Below the pieces are notes generated by a model that did no database searches, was not told the DNA's origin, and saw only the letters and a program-made list of their open reading frames with translations. Below are positions 38,400 through 46,547 of a stretch of DNA of 46,547 nt, piece by piece. A program made the position numbers and the translations under genes. This DNA is from Chiloscyllium plagiosum (Eukaryota): NCBI RefSeq assembly GCF_004010195.1, contig NC_057759.1, positions 4,690,054-4,736,600 of the forward strand, read 5' to 3'. How positions within the stretch are numbered: the stretch's first letter is position 1; each line of letters starts with the position of its first letter.

Positions 38400-40045
38400 A
38401 AGAGGTAGGCGAGGTACTAACTGAATATTTTTCGTCAGTATTCACACAGGAAAAATGACAATATTGTCGAGGAGTATATTGAGATTCAGGCTACTGGACC
38501 AGACAGGAAGGAGGTTCATAAGAAGGGGATTTTAGCAATTCTGGAAAGAGTGGAAATAGATAAGTCACCTGGGCTAGATGCGATTTATCCTATGATTCTG
38601 TAGGAAGCTAGTGAGGAGATTGCAGAGTTTCATCATTATGTCGTCATGTTCTTCAGGAATAGTGCCAGAGAGTGGAGGAAAGCAAATGTTCAAATGGGGA
38701 ATAAAGGCAACATTGGTAATTACAAACCAGTGAGCTTTACTTCTATTGTGAGCAACGTTTTGGAAAGGATTATAAGAGATAGGATTTAAAATGATCTAGA
38801 AATGAATAATTTGAATAGGGAGAGCCAACACGGTTTTGCAAAGGGCAGGTTGTGCCTCACAAATCTCATTGATTTATTTGCAAAGGTGACCAAAATGATG
38901 GATGAGGTAAACGATTTTATGTGGTATATATGGATTTCAGGAAAGCGCTTGATAAGGTTCCCCACTTTAGGCTATTGTAGAAAATACGGAGACATGATAT
39001 TGAGGGTGATTTAGTCGTTTGGATCAGAAATTGACTTGCTGTAAGAAGACAGCTAGTGGGCGGTTGATAACAAATGCTCATCCTGGAGTTCAGTTACCAG
39101 TGGTGTACCCCAAAGATGATTTGTGGGGCAACTACTGTTGGTCATTTTTACAAATGACCTGGATGAGGGCATGGAGCTTGTGTTAGTAAATTTGCAGATG
39201 ATGCAAAATTCGGTGGAGTGGTGGACAGTGCCGAACGACAGTGCAAGTTACACAGGGACATAGATAAGCTGCAGAGTGGGCAAATGGAGAAGCACGGAGA
39301 GGTGGCAAATGGAGTTTAATGCTGGAAAGTGTGAGGTGATTCACTTTGGAAGGAGTAACAGGAATACAGAGTATTGAGCTAATGGTAAGCTCCTTGGTAG
39401 TGTGGTTGAGCATGGTGATCAGGTGTCCATTTGCATCTATCTCTGAAAGTTGACACTCAGGTTGGTAGGGTTGATAAGAAGGCATACGATGTATTAGTTG
39501 TTATTAGTAGAGGGATTGAGTTTCGGAGCTATGAGGTCGTGCTGCAGCTGTACAAAACTCTGTTGCAGCCAAACATAGAGCATCGTGTACAATTCTCGTC
39601 GCTGCTTTATGGGAAGAATGTGGAAACATTGGAAAGGGTGCAGAGGAGATTTACCAGGATGTTGCCTAATATGGAAGGAAGGTCTTATGAGGAATTGTTG
39701 AGAGATCAGAGGCTGTGTTCGTGCATCCAAGATAGTCAGAGGACTCAAAGGTGTGCATAGTGAGAGCCAATTTCCCCTGATCGTGATGGCTAGCGTGAAG
39801 GAACATAGTTCTAAGTTGTGGTATGGTACATATAGGCCAGATGTCAGCAGTAGGTTCTTTACTCAGAGGGCGTGGAATATCGTACCTGCAACAGTAGTGG
39901 ACAAAAGCATTAAAGTCAGTGGTCACTGGATAAAAATATGGATGATAACGGAATCGTGGTCTTAGATGGGCTTCAGAATTGTTTCTCAGGTCAGCACGAC
40001 ATTGAGGGCCGAATACCCTGTACTGCGCTGTATGTTCTATGTTCT
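38400..40045 (+). mobile_element. CR1 ORF2 with 3' tail
   Basis: QHGFAKGRLCLTNLI, LERVQRRFTRML and a TATGTTC tail. Confidence 0.92.
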
Positions 40046-40189
40046 TTGACTTTACCTGACGAGGCCCATTTGCATGTTCAGCACCTTCTTTTCCTAACTT
40101 AAATTCTTGCTTAACTTAGAATCGTCGCCAAATTAGTTACAATACATCTGTTCCACCACTCCACATCATTGATATAGATTTTGCCAGTT

Positions 40190-40720
40190 ATTTTACTGTC
40201 ATCTGACGTTTAGGCCGCAGTATTATCTATCCCCTCATCCATGTAATGCAATACATTGCAAATATTTGGGGCTTGAAACTCTATGTCACTCATACGTTAC
40301 TAACCATAAAACGGCCTAACTATTCCATCTTTCTGTATTTTGTTGGCTCACCAATCCTCTATCTAAGCTGATCAATTACTTCTAACCCTATATTGCGGAT
40401 GAATCTTTTGTGCAGCACATTATTCAATTTTGTCTTGAAGTCCAGGTGTATTACTTCTGCAGGACCCCAGGACCCCCATTATTCACTTGGCATGTAGCAT
40501 CTTTAATGGATGCGAACAAATACTTCAAACAAATCCTTTATAAAACCATGGTGACTCTGATCGATTGTGGTTTGTCTTTGCAAATATCTTGTTATTATTT
40601 GCTTCATAATGGATTCAAATAATTTGTGTTCAATCCAAATAGTTTTCACACTACTTTTTATCCTCAGTTTTAGGGACTAGACCCCTCAAAATACTTTAGA
40701 AGGTATCACAGAATTTTTTT
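40190..40720 (-). mobile_element. Old CR1 fragment
   Basis: Decayed RT-region similarity; interrupted on the right by an LTR. Confidence 0.5.
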
Positions 40721-40759
40721 AACTTATTTTAAATGTAGATGTGAAGTGCGTATTCCCAA

Positions 40760-41275
40760 TGTGATGTGACTGGTCCAACATTTCGACATTAAGCAAAACA
40801 TAATTTATTTGAACAGTATAGTTAAAACACAAGCAAAGGAAAGAGAATATTTAGAATAACTTATCCATTGAAAAACAATAACAGAACAAACTATGCAGTA
40901 CCTACTACGAATTAACTGTACCAACATAGCAACATTCCAAAAACCATTCTTTGGCAAAAAGTTAAATTCTCTCACAAATTTTCACGTGTAGTTCGCCAAT
41001 CTGGGAGGAAGAAACACTTAGCTAAAATGCGTCCAACCGTTTTGAGTCCGCAAAGACTTCTGATGTAACGGAAAAAAAGAAACAAAACCCAGAAATATTG
41101 ATCCGTGAGAGCCAGCACACCCATTCAGGTTGCTTCAATTGTTGCAACTTCAAAAATAGCGGGAAGACCTTTCAAGTTGTTTACTTCAAGTAGATAGTTC
41201 TACACCTCTGTTTTCAATCTCTCTTCAGTTAAACCCAAGACAAAATGCCCTTTTCAAAATGACAACATCATCACA
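40760..41275 (-). repeat. 3' LTR of a Ty3/gypsy element (516 nt)
   Basis: 7-nt terminal inverted repeat TGTGATG...CATCACA; minus-strand AATAAA at 40804-40809; purine-rich PPT remnant at 41276-41286. Confidence 0.8.
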
Positions 41276-43510
41276 TCCGTCACCTTACGAAAATGAATCA
41301 TCAATATGTAGGGAAAACCTCGCTTTTCAATTCCCCATCTTAGTCGATGCGTTTGCTAAAATACATACTTATTTTTTTGCCTCAAAGCGTGCAAACATTC
41401 ACTACTACGTTCTATTTCAATCTGTTTATTCCTGCTACCAAACGCCTCCACCTTTCTTCATCACTCTCAATAGTGCGTCAGCAGTTATATTTTATTGTCC
41501 TGCCACAAGTACAATTTTCAAATTTAAAGGCTGCAATAATAAGTTCCATCGAAACAGCCTGGAATTTTTGTACTTAAATTTCTCCAAGAACTTTAATGGG
41601 CTATGATGAGCACATACTATTATTTCAGACACCTTACTGCCAATATAAATGCTGCTGTGGTGTTACGCCAAATTCAAGCCTAATGTTTCCTTCCCACTTC
41701 TGGAATAATCATGAGTATTCAATTTTCTGGAGAAGTATCAGGTGAGTCTTTCGATCTTGCTGTTTTCTTCCCTAATGAGTACAGCATCGATAATCACACA
41801 ACTCTCAACTATGGCCTCCTTGAATGGTTTTGCATAATTTGATATGGCTAACATGAGACCAGTGGATTACACAGCTTTCGCTGCGTCGAATGCCTTCTGA
41901 GAGTCGGCCGTCTCCTGAAATTTTCTGCACTTCCTATGTAAGTCAGTCAATGAAGCAGTCATACTGCTAAAATTCGATAGGAACTTGCAATGAAGCCGAT
42001 TTAATCTCAGGAATCATTGCAATGCTCTCTTTATCAACTGTATGTAGACCCCCATAACCTTTTTTTCACATTCCATTGAGCCATATGTTTATGACCAATA
42101 ACGTGGTGTAGGACTATGACATGCGCTTTGGCAAATTCACTCTTTGCTAGTTTTAATACCAAGCATGCCTGGCGTAGTCAATCAAATAATTCTGATAAAT
42201 GTTGCAAACCTTACCAGGTCGTCGATATACATCACCCAATTGTGTAGTCTGGAATGATGTAGCTGGCACATTTTCCCCCATACCAAATTGCACGAGTTTA
42301 AATTGGTAGTCGATTCGGTCCCACAAAAGCCAAAAATGTGTTCACTCTTTCAGATAAAGATAAATGCCGGTAGCTTTGGAGGAAGTCCAACTTAGAAATA
42401 TAGGTTCCTTGCTACACCTTCTCAATACAGTCTTCAAACATGGAATCGGGTATGAATCAGACTTTTGTCACCATTACTACCAGTGAGCTTTAATCACTGT
42501 AACACGCTTCCATTATATCATCATGGAACATGTGTTCAAATTCTTTTTATACCGGTGCCCTTTAGTAGGTCATGTATTTAAGGATATTGCTAACTGGAAA
42601 ACCATTACTGATATCTGCATCATGCATAATTAGACTGGTATTTCCTAGCTTATTCCAAATACCTCCCGATGCTATAGTTATAACTCTTTCAGCTCATTTC
42701 GATTTTCCTATGGCAGGTAACTCAATAATTTATCCAATTTTTGAGAACTTCCTCATTGTCCACTTTAAATTGAGGAGTGTCCAACAAAGAATCATCTAAA
42801 CGTGGTTCTTTGCTCTATGCTATAACTAATAACACATTCTCCTGTTGCTTTCCTTCCCTGTCAAAGTAACTTTTGAGCATATTTCCATGATACACTCTGT
42901 GTGACTTTTTTCTATCTGCTGCTCTTATCAAATATTCACCACATTTCATCTACTTTCGACTTGCAAAGTCCCTCTTAATTATTTTTTCATGGTTCGCCTA
43001 TCACTGGAAGTAACACAAGCATTTTTTATCTCTATTAGCAAAGTTGCAATTTTGTTTTAGTATTCTTCCTGTTTCATCATGTGCTGTGGTACTTTTAATA
43101 CCAGCACCCTCACTCGATTTAATCGCTCCCTATAATTTGACAAATACTCTCAACTAAATGGACTCGGAACTAAAAATATCCAAGGTGCCCTGCAACTTTT
43201 TTTTCTCAAGCATTTGATCTCATATGGTTTCTGATTGTACGTCAGCTTCCTTTCCTGTATACTGTAATTTGCCCTCCTGTTTCAACGAGTAGATTTGTGA
43301 TCTTGATATCACACAGTCAGGAAAATTACTGGGAGATACTTCCTGTCATACCAGAGTTGCCTGGTATTCCACTGAACTTTTAAAACAGGAACCCGTATAC
43401 CTGTGACAACGCTATATCGTTACCAAGGACAAACTGCATTCATGAGGCTGAGAGTTTCTCCAAAACTCATGTCACTACTTCGCCACTTTTCAGTGGGTGC
43501 TCCAAGCCCG
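41276..43510 (-). mobile_element. Decayed Gmr1-type Ty3/gypsy pol (PR, INT C-terminus, RT, RNase H)
   Basis: MQFVLGNDIA (43410-43439); VLVLLPV and HGNMLKSY (about 43020-42865); SDSYPIP and VMYIDD (about 42220); YFSRKLN (about 41720). Confidence 0.8.
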
Positions 43511-43849
43511 CGTTAAATAGAGAACCAATTCTTGTCTTACCATGAATTCCATATCTTAACACTTTTTTTCCCAATAGTTCTTCGAAATTACATTTCTGCT
43601 CATCACTCAAATCTAAATATTGACAGGGCTGTGCTGACAGAGTCCATGATGGGAACTCGTTTCATTCTGGAACTTCGCGAGAAGGAGTCAGTGACATATC
43701 CATCATGTGCTAGAGTGCAGTTCTCTAATGTATTCACAAAATGACACAATATTCACAATCTCTGTCTCGTGATGTGAACACGTTGGTTCTGTCTCTACAG
43801 CTGAATGAACAGACAAGCTTCCATAAATATTAGGCAATAGAGTGATTGC

Positions 43850-44188
43850 ACTGAAACACACCCACAGAGACACACACAGTTACACACAGACACATACACA
43901 TTTATGCACACAGACACACGTAATAAATCACATAAAATACATATGCAGACGCACAATGAAGCACACAGAGACACATTTGAAGTCACGGACAGACATACCC
44001 ACTGAATTAAACACACAGTCACGCACACAGAAACGCACGCACACACAGAGGCGCACACTGACATACATCGAGTCACACAAACACATCCATACAAGTTCAT
44101 GCATACAGATGCACGCAACAGACTCACACAAAGTGGCACAGATGCACACACAAGGTCACGCACACAGACACAGAGTCTCGTACACGTC
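43850..44188. repeat. Degenerate (CA)n-rich low-complexity tract
   Basis: CACACA/CAGA repeats. Confidence 0.9.
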
Positions 44189-44421
44189 TTAAGGTAAACA
44201 AAGAAAAGTAAACTCTGCAAAGATCGCTGTCCAAATAATAGTTAAACTCATGGCAAAAATGAAAAGTGAGATTGTCACAAATGCTATTTCACCACTAAGG
44301 GTATTCTGCTCACACAAACTGTTGGCAATGGTTTATTTTCTTGGAACCGTTAGATTTAGCTGAAGGAAGTGGGGGCATTCAAATGAATCGTCCACAGGAA
44401 TCCTCCACGCGTGGTAAAGAT

Positions 44422-46547
44422 AGAACATAGAACATAGAACCTAGAAAAATACTGCGCAGTACAGGCCCTTTGGCCCTCGATGTTGCGCCGATCCAAGCCC
44501 ACCTAACCTACACAAGCCCAGTATCCTCCATATGCCTATCCAGTGCCCGTTTAAATGCCCATAAAGAGGGAGAGTCCACCACTGCTACTGGCAGGGCATT
44601 CCATGAACTCACGACACGCTGAGTAAAGAATCTACCCCTAACATCTGTCCTATACCTACCACCCCTTAATTTAAAGCTATGCCCCCTCGTAATAGCTGAC
44701 TCCATACGTGGAAAAAGATTCTTACTGTCAACCCTATCTAAACCCCTAATCATCTTGCACACCTCTATCAAGTCACCCCTAAACCTTCTTTACACCATTG
44801 AAAACAACCCCAAGTGCCTCAGCCTTTCCTCATACAATCTTCCTACCATACCAGGCAACATCCTGGTAAACCCCCTCTGCACCCGTTCCAGTGCCTCCAC
44901 ATCCTTCCTATAATATGGCGACCAAAACTGCACACAATACTCCAGATGCAGCCGCACCAGAGTCTTATACAACTGCAACATGACCTCAGTACTCCAGAAC
45001 TCAATTCCTCTACCAATAAAAGCCAGTAAGCCATATGCCTTCTTCACCNNNNNNNNNNNNNNNNNNNNNNNNNNNNNNNNNNNNNNNNNNNNNNNNNNNN
45101 NNNNNNNNNNNNNNNNNNNNNNNNNNNNNNNNNNNNNNNNNNNNNNNNNNNNNNNNNNNNNNNNNNNNNNNNNNNNNNNNNNNNNNNNNNNNNNNNNNNN
45201 NNNNNNNNNNNNNNNNNNNNNNNNNNNNNNNNNNNNNNNNNNNNNNNNNNNNNNNNNNNNNNNNNNNNNNNNNNNNNNNNNNNNNNNNNNNNNNNNNNNN
45301 NNNNNNNNNNNNNNNNNNNNNNNNNNNNNNNNNNNNNNNNNNNNNNNNNNNNNNNNNNNNNNNNNNNNNNNNNNNNNNNNNNNNNNNNNNNNNNNNNNNN
45401 NNNNNNNNNNNNNNNNNNNNNNNNNNNNNNNNNNNNNNNNNNNNNNNNNNNNNNNNNNNNNNNNNNNNNNNNNNNNNNNNNNNNNNNNNNNNNNNNNNNN
45501 NNNNNNNNNNNNNNNNNNNNNNNNNNNNNNNNNNNNNNNNNNNNNNNNNNNNNNNNNNNNNNNNNNNNNNNNNNNNNNNNNNNNNNNNNNNNNNNNNNNN
45601 NNNNNNNNNNNNNNNNNNNNNNNNGAGGACATAAAAATCAAGGCCAATGGCTCTGCAATCTCCTCCCTTGCTTCCCAGAGAATCCTAGTATAAATTCCAT
45701 CAGGCCCAGGGGATTTATCTATTTTCACCCTTTCCAGAATTTCCAGCACCTCTTCCCTACATACCTCAAAGCAGTCCATTCTAATTAATTGTGACTCAGT
45801 ATTCACATCGGCAACAATGTATTGTTCCTGAGTGAATACTGACGAAAAGTATTCATTCAGTGTCTCCCCAATCTCTTCAGCCTCCACACGCAACTTCCCA
45901 CTCCTATCCTTGACTGGACCTATTCCTACCCTCGTCATTCTTTTATTCCTGACATACCTATAGAAAGCCTTTGGGTTTTCCCTAATCCTACCAACTAAGG
46001 ACTTTCATGTCCCCTCCTTGCTGCTCTTAGCTCTCTCTTCAGATCCTTCCTGGCTTCCTTATAACTCTCAATCGCCCCAATTGAACCTTCACGCCTCATC
46101 TTTACATAGGTCGCCAGCATCCCTTTAACAAGGGATTCCATTTCCTTATTAAACCACGGCTCCCTCACACGACCCTTTCCTCCCTGCCTGACAGGTACAT
46201 ACTTATCAAGGACACTCAATAGTTGCTGCTTGAACAAGTTCAACATATCAATTGCGGCCTTCCCTTGAAGCCTACTTTTCGAAGCCACGCATCCTAAGTC
46301 TTGCCTCACCGCATCATAATTTCCCTGCCCCCAGCTATAACTCTTGCCCTGCAGTGCACACTTATCCCTCTCATCACGAGAGTCAACGTCACCGAATTGT
46401 GGTCACTGTCCCCAAAGTGCTCACCTACCTCCAATTCTAACACCTGGCCTGGTTCATTACCCAGAACCAAATCCAGTATGGTCTCACCTCTTGTTGGCCT
46501 ATCTACATATCGTGTCAGGAAACCCTCCTGCACACATTGGACAAAAA
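44422..46547 (-). mobile_element. Young CR1 LINE (APE to 3' tail) spanning a gap and continuing past the window end
   Basis: PTRGETILDLVLGNEPGQV..GDSDHN, KSPGPDGIY, LEYCVQFWSPY and (CATAGAA)n tail. Confidence 0.95.

Noticed and set aside
43795..44220. Cys/Val-rich and His/Thr-rich ORFs
   Set aside because: Translations of a (CA)n/(TG)n microsatellite

Overview
Repeat-rich vertebrate genomic DNA, almost certainly from a cartilaginous fish: HE1-type V-SINEs, abundant CR1 LINEs and Penelope-type hairpin ends are present (inference; it resembles a carpet or bamboo shark). Gene content is mostly decayed. There is a C2H2 zinc-finger pseudogene apparently split by a truncated class I ERV (LTR plus tRNA-Pro PBS), and an isolated replication-dependent histone pair on the minus strand: H3.2 with a nonsense codon inside a clustered mutation patch, and a frameshifted H1. 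Two outward-facing, near-identical NRF1-type promoter/first-exon blocks flank the histone pair as an inverted repeat. The window also holds the first coding exon of a GPR139-like GPCR and a Gmr1-type Ty3/gypsy remnant. The rest is CR1, SINE and Penelope debris, degenerate satellites and two assembly gaps (23395-23894, 45049-45624). I see no convincing intact novel system. The most interesting signals are structural or mutational and are listed as findings. All alignments were done by eye and repeat boundaries are approximate.
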